DNA of 61,836 nucleotides, taken from contig NC_057711.1 of assembly GCF_004010195.1 (NCBI RefSeq), positions 78,165,371 through 78,227,206 on the forward strand, read 5' to 3'. The stretch is from Chiloscyllium plagiosum (Eukaryota). Position numbers and translations under genes: made by a program. Positions 26,719-39,379 of the stretch are shown one piece after another. Positions within the stretch are counted from its first letter, which is position 1. The number at the start of each line of letters is the position of its first letter. The notes beneath the pieces are model-generated. The model was not told the DNA's origin, made no database searches, and saw nothing but the letters and a program-made list of their open reading frames with translations.

Positions 26719-26903
26719 CATGTTTTGTTCATTCTTGTATTGTACACGGAGTGTGTCCATAGCTCTTATCATTGCTTGCATTGCAGTGAAAATGTTCTGA
26801 AATACGAGCTTTGTGAAGTTCTTTCTGTCTTCATCGGAATAGCCATCACCATGGATGATTCTCATTTGCTTGATGAATGTGCTTTTGCCACTTTCACCAG
26901 TCC
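26719..26903 (-). CDS. GNA14: Internal coding exon (exon 2) of a Gq-family G-protein alpha subunit, most like GNA14
   Basis: Translates as (G)[61 protein letters not shown], containing the P-loop. Acceptor ttgattttAG precedes 26903 and donor GTATGT follows 26719. Length 185 nt, phase 1 to phase 0, as in GNAQ/GNA11/GNA14 exon 2. DEDRK and TLRxQY..EQN favour GNA14 over GNAQ (DEDKR, TLKIPY..EHN). Exons 1 and 3 were not found in the window. Confidence 0.9.
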
Positions 26904-27641
26904 CTAAAATCAAACAAAGAATATAGTATAATATTAAACCTACCCCTTTGGGTGTTACCAAATCCATTGCACAAAACATATTTCTCTCCAACAACTGCAC
27001 TCTCTCTTAGGAGGTTGTTACATAGCTCTTCCTCACCACTTGCCAAAAAAAATGTAGATTAAGAAATATTTTTGTTCTCCAGCAGAATGCCTTCCATGCT
27101 GTTAACCAATTCTTCAGAACTTGTAACATTCATGCTGTTTATTGAACAATCTTTCAGAAACAACCATAGGCATTTAGTACACGACAGCAATAATCGTCTT
27201 GAACAAAGTTATTAGGCTGATATTGTTAACCTCAGAGACTATAAGCATCAACCACAAATTGAGATTACTGTCCGATATGCTGTTCCACTGAAAAAGGTTG
27301 CAAGTGCAAATGCATTACAGTGGGGAAATCAGTCAACATGCTCCTGATGGATTTTATTGATAATCTAGCTGCAGCCTGCCACCAGGAAACCATACTTATC
27401 ACATCAATTTAGAAGGTGCATAACATAATTAACAAGAAAGAGTTCAAAGAAGATATATTGTACGTGAGCTGAATGGCAAGTTATTATTCAAAACGTGATA
27501 TGCATTCAAAACGTGATATGCAGTCAAATTGAACAGTGGACAAGAGCGACAGACATGCAAGCAAGAAACAATGGCACTAAAACAAATACTATGCTCCAAG
27601 AGCATGAACTTGCTGACAGTAAGTCAGTGTGTTAATTTTAA

Positions 27642-27837
27642 TCAGTCAAAAAGTCTGGTGCTGGAAAAGTACAACTAATCAGGCAACATCTAAGGAGTAG
27701 GAGAGTCAATATTTCGAACATAAGCTCTTAATCCTCCACCCTCACATTCCTGATCGAACGCTGCCTGACTTGCACTGTTTTTCCAGCGCCACACTTTTTG
27801 ACTCTGATCTCCAGAATCTGCAGTCCTCACTTTCTCA
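27642..27837. mobile_element. Short inverted PLE pLTR insertion with 13-bp TSD
   Basis: Flanked by gtgttaattttaa (27629-27641 and 27838-27850). Two opposed partial copies of the family seen at 51348, with a degraded hammerhead at ~27705-27735. Confidence 0.8.
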
Positions 27838-28371
27838 GTGTTAATTTTAAGGATTGTTCCATCTTTATCTTAATATGTTTTCAAATTCATTCATAACATA
27901 ACATCCCATCATTCCATATTCCTCTATTTTAGCACCTAATTAGATCAACGCAATATTGAAACCTGGGTTCCCTTCATGAATGTCCTCATGATTGTCACAC
28001 AAGTCATCCACTTAACTCATTTATAGGAGCATGTGTAAGACATGAGCACAAGATAAACTGATATTCTTGAAACTGAGCTCAGTAGCAGTATTGATATGGG
28101 AATAGAAAATGCCACACAACATGCAGACAACCATTTTAAATGTGGTCTGTACTGTGCTGCACTGATGCAGACATATTGTGCATGCACCAGGAGAGATTTT
28201 ACTGTGATATCAATGAGCTTCTGTGTCTTAGTTCATGCAGGTTTTCTTCAATTTTACTGTGTGGTTCATTGAATGGCTGTATTACTCACACTGAACTGAA
28301 TGTGGGACCCACAACTGACATGGATTTAAAAACACACCTTGAGTATTGGGACTCTTCATTTTTGTTTCGGC

Positions 28372-31300
28372 AGCAGGAAAAGTGGGAGCGTTGACCAGGG
28401 AGCTGCCAGGAAGGAGAGTCACTAATTTAAAAAACTTACTTCATGAATAGGCAGGAGCAGACACGGACTGCTGAGTAAGTGAAGTAAAATATTTGGGTGG
28501 TTGTGTTAAACGAAATACTACTTAGATAGTGTCTTCCACCCATCCTCCTCCTCTAACCAAAATCAGGTCTGTGCACCGGATTGGTAAGGTAACCAGTCTT
28601 TTTTATTCTTTATTTTTCAATAGCGTCTGTGGGAATTTAGAATAGTGGGAATGGAGGTTAAGGCAGTTGAATGCTCCTCCTGCACAATGTGGGAGGGTAA
28701 GGGTCACCACTCATGCCCCTGCTGAAAGTATCTGCAGGAAGAGTACCCAAGTCCAGCTCCTCGAAAACTGCACTAGGAAACTGGAGCTGGAGGAACTTCA
28801 GATCATTCAGGAGACAGAGAGAGTTATACAGGAGAGTTACAGGGAGGTAGTCACATCTCACATACAAGAGAAAGGCAGCAGAGTTACAGTCAGGGTACAA
28901 AAAGGGAACCCACAAGCAGTGCAGGAATCACCTGTGGCCATTCCTCTCAATAACGAGTATACCATTTTGGATTCTGTTGGAGGGGATGACTTACCAGGGG
29001 TAAGCCTTGGGTACAGGTCTCTGGCATAGAGTCTGACACTGTTGCTCAGAAGGGAAGGGAGGAGATGAGCAGAGCATCAGTTATTGGGGACGCCATAGTT
29101 AGGGGGACAGATAGGAGGTTCTGTGGGAACAAGAGTGACTCACAGTTGGTGTGTGGCCTCCCAGGAGCCAGGGTCCATGATGTCTCGGATCATGTGTTCG
29201 GGATCCTTGAGGGAGAGGGGAACCAGCCCCAAATCATGGTCCATATAGGCACCAACGACATTGGTAAGAAAAGGGATGGTAATTTGAGGCAGAAATTCAG
29301 GCAGTTAGGGTAGAAGCTGAGAGCGAGAACAAAGTGTTGTCGTCTCTGGTTTGTTGCCCATGCCAGCAAGGTGAAGAATAGGGAGAGAGGAGTTGAATTC
29401 ACAGCTAGAGGGATCGGGGCGGGGGGTGGGGTCCAGATACGTGAATAATTGGAGCTCATTCTGGGGTAGGTGGGACCCCTACAAACATGATGATCTACGC
29501 CTGAACAAGACGGGTACGAATATCCTGAGGCGGGGAATTTGCTCATGCTCTTTGGGAGCATTTAAATTAATTCATCAGGGGGATGGGAACCAAAATTGTA
29601 GTTTCAGTGTCCAGGAGGTTGAGTGTAGTGAAGTCAGAAATAAGGTTTCAAGGTCACAAGAGGGCACCAGCAAGCATGGAGATGGTTTGAAGTGTATTTA
29701 CTTCAATGCCAGGAGCATCTGGAATAAGGTGGGTAAACTTGCAGCATAGATTGGTACCCGGGACTTTGATGTTGTGGCCATTTCGGAGACATGGATAGAG
29801 CAGGGACAGGAATGGCTGTTGCAGGTTCCAGGATTTAGATGTTTCAGCAAGAACAGAGATGGTGGTGGTGGTGGTGGAGCATTTGTTAGTCAAGGACAAT
29901 ATTACAGCGGCAGAAAAGACGTTTGAGGACTTGTCGACTCAGGTAGTATGGGCTAAGGTTAGAAACAGGAAAGGAGGAGGTATCACCCTGTTGGGACTTT
30001 TCTATAGGTCTCCAAATAGCTCCAGAGATGTAGAGGAAAGGATAGCAAAGATAATTCTGGGTAGGAGCAAAAGTAACAGGGTAGCTATGGGGGACTTTAA
30101 CTTTCCAAATATTGACTAAAATACTATAGTTTGAATACTTAGATGAGTCAATTTTTGTCTCGTGTGCAGGAGGATTTCCTGACAGTATATACAACAGGCC
30201 AACAACGGACAAGGCCGCATTGAATTGGGTACTGGGTAATTAACCCGGCTGGGTGTTAGATTTGGAGGTAGAAGAGTATTTGTAATAGAGACTACAATTC
30301 AGTTATGTTTACTTTAGTGATGGAGAGAGGATGGGAGAGAGGATGGGAGAGAGGATGGGAGAGAGGATGGGAGAGAGGATGGGAGAGAGGATGGGAGAGA
30401 GGATGGGAGAGAGGATGGGAGAGAGGATGGGAGAGAGGATGGGAGAGAGGATGGGAGAGAGGATGGGAGAGAGGATGGGAGAGAGGATGGGAGAGAGGAT
30501 GGGAGAGAGGATGGGAGAGAGGATGGGAGAGAGGATGGGAGAGAGGATGGGAGAGAGGATGGGAGAGAGGATGGGAGAGAGGATGGGAGAGAGGATGGGA
30601 GAGAGGATGGGAGAGAGGATGGGAGAGAGGATGGGAGAGAGGATGGGAGAGAGGATGGGAGAGAGGATGGGAGAGAGGATGGGAGAGAGGATGGGAGAGA
30701 GGATGGGAGAGAGGATGGGAGAGAGGATGGGAGAGAGGATGGGAGAGAGGATGGGAGAGAGGATGGGAGAGAGGATGGGAGAGAGGATGGGAGAGAGGAT
30801 GGGAGAGAGGATGGGAGAGAGGATGGGAGAGAGGATGGGAGAGAGGATGGGAGAGAGGATGGGAGAGAGGATGGGAGAGAGGATGGGAGAGAGGATGGGA
30901 GAGAGGATGGGAGAGAGGATGGGAGAGAGGATGGGAGAGAGGATGGGAGAGAGGATGGGAGAGAGGATGGGAGAGAGGATGGGAGAGAGGATGGGAGAGA
31001 GGATGGGAGAGAGGATGGGAGAGAGGATGGGAGAGAGGATGGGAGAGAGGATGGGAGAGAGGATGGGAGAGAGGATGGGAGAGAGGATGGGAGAGAGGAT
31101 GGGAGAGAGGATGGGAGAGAGGATGGGAGAGAGGATGGGAGAGAGGATGGGAGAGAGGATGGGAGAGAGGATGGGAGAGAGGATGGGAGAGAGGATGGGA
31201 GAGAGGATGGGAGAGAGGATGGGAGAGAGGATGGGAGAGAGGATGGGAGAGAGGATGGGAGAGAGGATGGGAGAGAGGATGGGAGAGAGGATGGGAGAGA

Positions 31301-34105
31301 GGATGGGAGAGAGGATGGGAGAGAGGATGGGAGAGAGGATGGGAGAGAGGATGGGAGAGAGGATGGGAGAGAGGATGGGAGAGAGGATGGGAGAGAGGAT
31401 GGGAGAGAGGATGGGAGAGAGGATGGGAGAGAGGATGGGAGAGAGGATGGGAGAGAGGATGGGAGAGAGGATGGGAGAGAGGATGGGAGAGAGGATGGGA
31501 GAGAGGATGGGAGAGAGGATGGGAGAGAGGATGGGAGAGAGGATGGGAGAGAGGATGGGAGAGAGGATGGGAGAGAGGATGGGAGAGAGGATGGGAGAGA
31601 GGATGGGAGAGAGGATGGGAGAGAGGATGGGAGAGAGGATGGGAGAGAGGATGGGAGAGAGGATGGGAGAGAGGATGGGAGAGAGGATGGGAGAGAGGAT
31701 GGGAGAGAGGATGGGAGAGAGGATGGGAGAGAGGATGGGAGAGAGGATGGGAGAGAGGATGGGAGAGAGGATGGGAGAGAGGATGGGAGAGAGGATGGGA
31801 GAGAGGATGGGAGAGAGGATGGGAGAGAGGATGGGAGAGAGGATGGGAGAGAGGATGGGAGAGAGGATGGGAGAGAGGATGGGAGAGAGGATGGGAGAGA
31901 GGATGGGAGAGAGGATGGGAGAGAGGATGGGAGAGAGGATGGGAGAGAGGATGGGAGAGAGGATGGGAGAGAGGATGGGAGAGAGGATGGGAGAGAGGAT
32001 GGGAGAGAGGATGGGAGAGAGGATGGGAGAGAGGATGGGAGAGAGGATGGGAGAGAGGATGGGAGAGAGGATGGGAGAGAGGATGGGAGAGAGGATGGGA
32101 GAGAGGATGGGAGAGAGGATGGGAGAGAGGATGGGAGAGAGGATGGGAGAGAGGATGGGAGAGAGGATGGGAGAGAGGATGGGAGAGAGGATGGGAGAGA
32201 GGATGGGAGAGAGGATGGGAGAGAGGATGGGAGAGAGGATGGGAGAGAGGATGGGAGAGAGGATGGGAGAGAGGATGGGAGAGAGGATGGGAGAGAGGAT
32301 GGGAGAGAGGATGGGAGAGAGGATGGGAGAGAGGATGGGAGAGAGGATGGGAGAGAGGATGGGAGAGAGGATGGGAGAGAGGATGGGAGAGAGGATGGGA
32401 GAGAGGATGGGAGAGAGGATGGGAGAGAGGATGGGAGAGAGGATGGGAGAGAGGATGGGAGAGAGGATGGGAGAGAGGATGGGAGAGAGGATGGGAGAGA
32501 GGATGGGAGAGAGGATGGGAGAGAGGATGGGAGAGAGGATGGGAGAGAGGATGGGAGAGAGGATGGGAGAGAGGATGGGAGAGAGGATGGGAGAGAGGAT
32601 GGGAGAGAGGATGGGAGAGAGGATGGGAGAGAGGATGGGAGAGAGGATGGGAGAGAGGATGGGAGAGAGGATGGGAGAGAGGATGGGAGAGAGGATGGGA
32701 GAGAGGATGGGAGAGAGGATGGGAGAGAGGATGGGAGAGAGGATGGGAGAGAGGATGGGAGAGAGGATGGGAGAGAGGATGGGAGAGAGGATGGGAGAGA
32801 GGATGGGAGAGAGGATGGGAGAGAGGATGGGAGAGAGGATGGGAGAGAGGATGGGAGAGAGGATGGGAGAGAGGATGGGAGAGAGGATGGGAGAGAGGAT
32901 GGGAGAGAGGATGGGAGAGAGGATGGGAGAGAGGATGGGAGAGAGGATGGGAGAGAGGATGGGAGAGAGGATGGGAGAGAGGATGGGAGAGAGGATGGGA
33001 GAGAGGATGGGAGAGAGGATGGGAGAGAGGATGGGAGAGAGGATGGGAGAGAGGATGGGAGAGAGGATGGGAGAGAGGATGGGAGAGAGGATGGGAGAGA
33101 GGATGGGAGAGAGGATGGGAGAGAGGATGGGAGAGAGGATGGGAGAGAGGATGGGAGAGAGGATGGGAGAGAGGATGGGAGAGAGGATGGGAGAGAGGAT
33201 GGGAGAGAGGATGGGAGAGAGGATGGGAGAGAGGATGGGAGAGAGGATGGGAGAGAGGATAGAGAGAAAAAGAGAGAGAAAAAGAGAGAAAGAGAAAAAG
33301 AGAGATTTAGCGATTTGGATCAGAAATGTCCATCCTGGAATTCAGTTACTAGTGGTGCACCGCAAGGATCGGTTTTGGGGCCACTGCCGTTCTTCATTTA
33401 TGTAAATGAACTGGATGAGGGCATAGAAGGAAGGGTTATTAAATCTGCAATAACACTAAGGTCGGTGGAATTGTGGATAGTGCTGAAGGATGTTGCAGGT
33501 TACAGGAGGACATGGATAAGCTGCAGAGCTGGGCTGAGGGGTAGCAAATTGAGTTTAATGTGGAAAAGTGTGAGGTGGTTCACTTTGAAAGGAGTAACAG
33601 GAACAAAGAGTACTGGGATAATGGTGAGATTCTTGGTAGTGTCGATGAACAGAGATCTCGGTGTCCATATACGTAGATCCCTGAAAGTTGCCATACAGAT
33701 TGATAGGGTTAAGAACACACACGGTGTGTTAGCTTGCATTGCTAGAGGGATTGAATTTCGGAGCCATGAGGTCATGCTGCAGCTGCACAAAACTCTGGTG
33801 CGACTGTACTTGGAGTATTGTGTACAGTTCTGGTCACTGCATTATAAGAAGGATATGCAAGCTTTGGAAAGGGTTCAGAGAAGATTTACTAGGATGTTGC
33901 CTGGTATGGAGGTCTTATGAGGAAAGGCTGAGGGACTTGAGGCTGTTTTCGTTTGAGAAGAAGGAGGTTGAGAGGTGACTTAATTGAGACAGAAGATAAT
34001 CAGAGGGTTAGATAGGATGGACAGTGAGATCCTTGTTCTTCGGACGGTGATGGCTAGCATGAGGGGACATTGCTTTAAATTGAGGGGTGATAGCTATAGG
34101 ACAGA
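28372..34105 (+). mobile_element. Near full-length CR1 LINE whose central ORF2 is replaced by a tandem array
   Basis: ORF1 zinc-finger-like VECSSCTMWE..ICRKS and SGNH esterase VIGDAIVRG..VHIGTNDIG. ORF2 endonuclease LKCIYFNARSI, ETW, YRSPN and MGDFNFP. After the array: GAPQGSVLGP, LEYCVQFWS and ALERVQRRFTRM. 5' boundary approximate. Confidence 0.92.
30322..33260 (+). repeat. Perfect 12-bp tandem array (GGAGAGAGGATG)n, ~245 copies
   Basis: Directly visible; no variant unit seen. Followed by an AG-rich tract to ~33305. Confidence 0.98.
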
Positions 34106-34544
34106 GTCCAAGATTTCCCAGTCCAAGATGAACCAAAATTTCCTCCAGCAAAACAGAAACCACTGTCTGGCCTCACTACACTGAACAGATTCAAAACTAT
34201 TCCTCTGCAACTATTTCAGGTTAAACAAAAGTCAACAATCTTAACATGCTATTCTACACAGACCTGAACATACAAGTCCTTTTACATGTTACACTCATCT
34301 TTACTCATTTAATTCATCCATGCCTGCTAACTTCAACCGACAAACTTCAGCTAATTCAAAATTCTGCCACACGTATCCTATCCTGCATTAAAATCTATTC
34401 AATACAACTCTACTTGTTACTTTACCCTGGTCACTTATTGTCCTATTTTCGTCCTGGCATTTAAGTCTTTCCATAACCTTGCACTTCCCTTTCTCTATGA
34501 TCTCTTCCCCCTCTATGAACATCGATTCCTTCCAACACTGACAC

Positions 34545-35020
34545 TCAGTAGAAGCAGCATATACCATCCAACAATGCACTGCAGTAACTCACCAATAGCT
34601 GTTAAGACAACACCTTCCGAACCCACAACCACTTCTACCTAGAAGGACAAGGGCAGCAGATGCTTGGGAATACCACCACCTGCAAGTTCCCCTCCAAGTC
34701 ACTCACCATCCTGACTTGGAATTATAGCATCGCTCCTTCCCTGCTGTTAGAGCAAAGTCCTAGAACTCCCTCCCTAATAACATCGTAGATGTGTAACAAA
34801 CAAACTGGAGAAACTCAGCAGGTCTGACAGCATCTGTGGACAGAAAAAAAAGAGTTCATGTTGAGTCCAGTTGCCCTGGTTTAATTGTTTAAATATAGCG
34901 TTGTAGATGTACTGCCAAACAGATTGCAGTGATTCAAAAAGGCAGCTCACCACCATCTCAAGGACAATTTGGAATAGGTAATAAATGCTGGTCCAACCAG
35001 TGACACTCATCTGCTAAATG
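34545..35020 (+). mobile_element. LINE 3' fragment with a short PLE pLTR-like insertion at ~34795-34900
   Basis: Host sequence aatgcactgcagtaactcacca..caccacctgcaagttcccctccaag. Insert aaactggagaaactcagcaggtctgacagcatctgtgg, flanked by gtagatgt repeats. Confidence 0.65.
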
Positions 35021-36119
35021 AAAGAAACAACCATACCAGCCACTCATTCTTGCAACTGTTCTTTCTTGTTCTCTGCCTTCACCTTATCCTGAGAGATAAA
35101 TGTTTCAGCCTTTCAAGTCCTCCTACGACAGTGACAACACTTGTAAAATTTATTTCAAATGCAAAGTTCATGAAATATCTAAAGTTTTGTTCTGTACAAT
35201 ATAAGCTTCAATCTTCCTTCCCATTTTTGTCTAATTATTCATCTATGAAGGACATGGGGAATGTTTTGATGTTGAAAGTGTAGCAAAATGCAAGCTGTTG
35301 TTTCAACGGATTGTTTTTACATGATTGTCACTGAATATCAGACCATATATATGTTAAGCATCTTCTAAAATTCAAACCAGAAACTTCACAACATATTATT
35401 TTAAGCAAGGTTAAGGTAATGAAGCATATCGACTTGCATCCAGTTAGGACTCATCTATTCCATCTCAATTGCAGGAAAAACAACAAACCAAGCCCAAGCA
35501 CTGGGTGACAATTTCTGATGAGTTACCTGCACTGTTCATGCACCTTCCAGCAACAAGCTTTAGATAAATATTAGCAGAAGCCTGGAAAGCAAATCACCTG
35601 CCTGACTACCCTTATGGTTACATAAACACCTTAGAAAGTGAAAAAAAAATTAGTGTCATGGCTTTTTAAAAAATCAAGTTTTGAGTCACATTATTAAGAG
35701 GTGGCACTATAATAAATTAATACCTTGGTCTAAGATCTAAATTTATATTTGCATGTATTCTACTGGCAAATACAAAACACACCATTGTTTGGAAATCAAT
35801 GCTTTATTTTTGAGACTAAGCCATTTTCTCTCATTACATTTAAAACAATGCACATTTTGACAGAACACTTCACCTGCACCATCATGCATTTATTTCAGTT
35901 AAGTATACTTGCTGAGATCACCTCCATCAGCAGCAACCAACCACAATTCTCAAATTCTAAACCGAGCAAGTCTAATCAGCACTCACGAAACTGAATCAGA
36001 ACACATTCAGATCACAATACCACTACTGATGTAAACCTTTACCAGTTTATAACTGCCACATTCTGTTAAAATGACCTACAGATCTTACCAAAAAAAAGCA
36101 CACTGGATGAAGTGGTTGC

Positions 36120-36480
36120 CTTAAGAAATGTTGGACTAGTATCCATTTGGGTTTGAAAGAACGAGAATTATTTAAATGCAAGATTGAGAGGATGTGCTGT
36201 TTGTGGGAGGGATTAGAATTAGGGACACCATTTTAAAATAAGGCATCGCCTATTTAATGCCCAAGAGGATGAGACTTTATACGTGAGGGCTGTTTTTCTG
36301 TGGAATTCATCTTCCCCAGAGAGGCACAATCATTGAATGAGACGTTTGTTTGAGTAAATAATCAAAAGGCACAAGAGGGTAGACAGGAAAATGGAGTCAA
36401 TGTCAACAGTGAGATCAGCCTTAATTTAAAACAACGGGCAAGCAGGTTCATGGGGACCAACTGATTACACTTTCTCCTCA
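36120..36480 (+). mobile_element. Degraded CR1 3' end
   Basis: agaattagggacaccattttaaaataagg (RTRGH-like) followed by a CR1-like 3' UTR. Confidence 0.55.
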
Positions 36481-36900
36481 TTCACACATATGCGCTTACA
36501 CAATTCTCAAAGGCAAAAACCTTAGTCATCTCAATATGACTTTTACACAACACAATCGTATCAATCAGGCAAACTCATTGCAGAATTGGTGATCCTTCTG
36601 AAACATGGTTTTGATTATAAAATATGTGGAGCAGGGTAAGGGTTTTAATTGAAGGCAAGTGTCAAAAAAAAAAGATAGGGATGCAGGGTGTCGAAGAGGC
36701 AAACAATAATTGAAATGTGACAGAAAGATGCAGGAATTAGAACCACAGACAGTAATAATGATAAAAAGTTAAAGCTTAAGGTTCTCTATCTCATTGTGAT
36801 AAATACATATTTGGTTCACTAAGGTCCTTGAGGGGTGGAAATCTGCCCTGCTTACCTCATCTGACTCCAGTAGAATAGTAATGTGGTTGACTCAACTGGA

Positions 36901-37017
36901 GGAGAAAGTGAGGTCTGCAGACGCTGGAGATCAAAGCTGAAACTTTATTGCTGGAACAAGGCAGCATCTAGGGAACAGAAGATTCGACGTTTCGGGCACA
37001 TGCCCTTCTTCAGGAAT
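36901..37017 (-). mobile_element. ~120-bp hammerhead-bearing PLE pLTR mini-insertion inside an older repeat (~36810-37080)
   Basis: Homologous to 51348-51477 and 61653-61783, and ends at the 5' edge of the hammerhead. Confidence 0.8.
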
Positions 37018-37019
37018 CT
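36980..37019 (-). ncRNA. Intact minimal hammerhead ribozyme motif
   Basis: agattc CTGAAGA a gggc atgt gccc GAA ACGT C gaatct: 6-bp helix I, GGGC/GCCC helix II, complete core. Confidence 0.8.
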
Positions 37020-38604
37020 GAAATGGCCAAGGTGGTCATTCAGCTCAAGGGCAATTGGGGATGAGTAACAAATATTGGACTTTTAAAAGAGATAATTTTG
37101 TCCTATTTCACTTGGCTTAAATGACTTAGCTTATTTTATAGCAATCACAAATGCATTCATTAGTCTTGGGAACAAGGACATAACCAAAGATATAACAATG
37201 GCATGTCAGTAGCAAATCATTGTCGTAACACCAAATTCATGATTTTGATTTACATTATAATGGGAAATCTGATATCAGTTATCACTGAAACTTATCTTTT
37301 CCACCACCCCATGGCAGGTTAAGAGGTATTTTGGCAAATGTACTGTTTAACATATTTGGATTACTGGGCTGGGGAGTTGAGGTTTCTCAATTTTCAAGAA
37401 AAAACTGTTACAAGTAAATATAGCAATGAAGAACAGACCTTCAGATTCTCAAAATACCCAAGTAAAACTATCAGAGGTTGAGCAACAGAGCAATATGCTT
37501 TAAATCATTCCCAAACATTGGGCAAGATAGCTTGGATTTTACATTTAACAAATGGATGGAAAAGGTAAACCTGAGTGAATTACTCGTGTGCAAACTGGTA
37601 AGCAACTACTTATGGCATGAGCAACTACTCATAAGGTATGCAATTAAAGGCCATCAGACTTGCCCTACTCAAGCTACTTCATGTGCAATTTCTCAAACTC
37701 AGCATTGCAATAAATGGAATGGTGTAAAGTTGCTGTACTTGTGATAGACATGCACTCACCCCATTAGAAAAAGATTAAAGTTTGCCCATTCCAATTTAAA
37801 TAAAGTTTGACAGGCCTGATAAGTCTGAACAACTCCCAAACAAACTATTTGGCCAGAGGATCAAGTGAACCAAGGACCTCAAGACAGGCATGTGAAAGAA
37901 AGAGTGAACTGGGCTTCAGAGGAAAGCCTGAACGTTGCAGTTGAATATTAATCTAAAGGTAGTAATCTCAAGAGTATCTAAGTGGGAGCTGATTAATTTG
38001 TTTTAAATCTAATCCATTTTGCATCATGGTGGTACCACATAGCACAAAGGAGAATACCCTTAATGTAGACATGGGTCTCAGTCTCCACAAAGTCATTCCT
38101 ACCAAAACTGACATGCGCAGATATATCTGTAACACAGACTGGCAAGATGAAGTCAAGTACGATTTTCCCTCTTAAATGGTTTCCACAACATCTGCCATAA
38201 ACCCAAAATGAGCAAACGTGTTTTGTTTTACAACAGAGGCAGCTGAACCAAATCAGGCTTCCTGTTTGCAATACAGTAAAATTAAAATCTTCACAAGACG
38301 CACAAAATTGACCCCAATGGTTCCAAAGCTGAGTTTTTGAGTAACGAATCTCAGACTTTGCAATTAACCAATTCTAAACACTGGGTTTGTAACGTAAACA
38401 AATGCCTTAATTTATTAATGGTACAGTAACTTTGGCAGAGCAAAATTAAAAGCAATCTAATTGATCTCTATGATGTAAACCCAACAACCTTTGTTTTCAC
38501 AGAAAAGACAACAGACAATTACAGTTAAGGGATAATTAAAAGAAAATTACTAAATTGGTCAGATAACTTAAACTGTTTTCACAATGTGTTGTTCCACAGG
38601 CATA

Positions 38605-38823
38605 GAGGTTGTTCTGCTATAAATTTGCACTTCATAAATTTGAATTCACTATAACATGATTGATGATTTGGGGACACTCTTTCTAAAGCATGACCTTTTA
38701 AAGCAGCATTTGTTATAACATGATTCTAGCCACATTAGTTTAAATGGTGCTGCTATCATGTGATTTTCTTATAACACTGTATTGGATGAGAATGGAACTA
38801 TCTTGTTATAGCAGAACCAACTA
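38605..38823. mobile_element. Short Tigger-like MITE
   Basis: ta|gaggttgttctgctataa ... ttatagcagaaccaacta; TIRs related to those of 6497-6679. Confidence 0.6.
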
Positions 38824-39379
38824 CATATTATTTCTTGGTTGATTTTCTGTAGACATCATAAAGGGCCACCTTTTCAGTTCACTTTGGGGAAGACTGAGCA
38901 ATACTTACAACTTAATTTTGATTCTCTGAAATTATAATGGCTGATAATGGAAGGTCAGGCTGGGAACATTCAAATCTGATGCTATTGTGTCAACAGCCAA
39001 ATTCTTTTTCTCAGGAATAATCCAAAGGAGTTCAAACTCTCCAGCCCCTCCCTTTGCTTCACCATCATGCTATCGCCCAGACTTGCTGGCACCAATTACC
39101 AGACACTCACCTGGCTAATGGCCAAATATTTGCTATCTAGTTAAATTACTCCCGAACCAGTGTCGAAGAATCTATGCAACACTTTGATCAAGAACAAACT
39201 TGTGATTATCTTTCAGGCCTAGCCTCAAACAAACAACACCTTGTCGCTTCAAAAAAAATGTTACCCACAGTCCAAAGGTCATCTTTAGTTCTTAGTTCAA
39301 AGCTCCAAACCAAAACCGATCAAAGAATACAAGTGTTTTAAAAAAATGAGAAATTAGCAAGAGTTCTAATATTTAGGAT

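Noticed and set aside
26683..27000. 105-aa ORF as a complete protein
   Set aside because: Only 26719-26903 is Gq-like and splice-bounded; the flanks are intronic read-through.
27487..27522. 18-bp tandem duplication (also a ~25-bp duplication at ~53600-53648)
   Set aside because: Ordinary slippage duplications; not CRISPR-like and without spacers.
30305..33405. 985-aa (WERG)n and 1024-aa (GERM)n ORFs
   Set aside because: By-products of a stop-free 12-bp array inside a dead CR1; no evidence of a gene.
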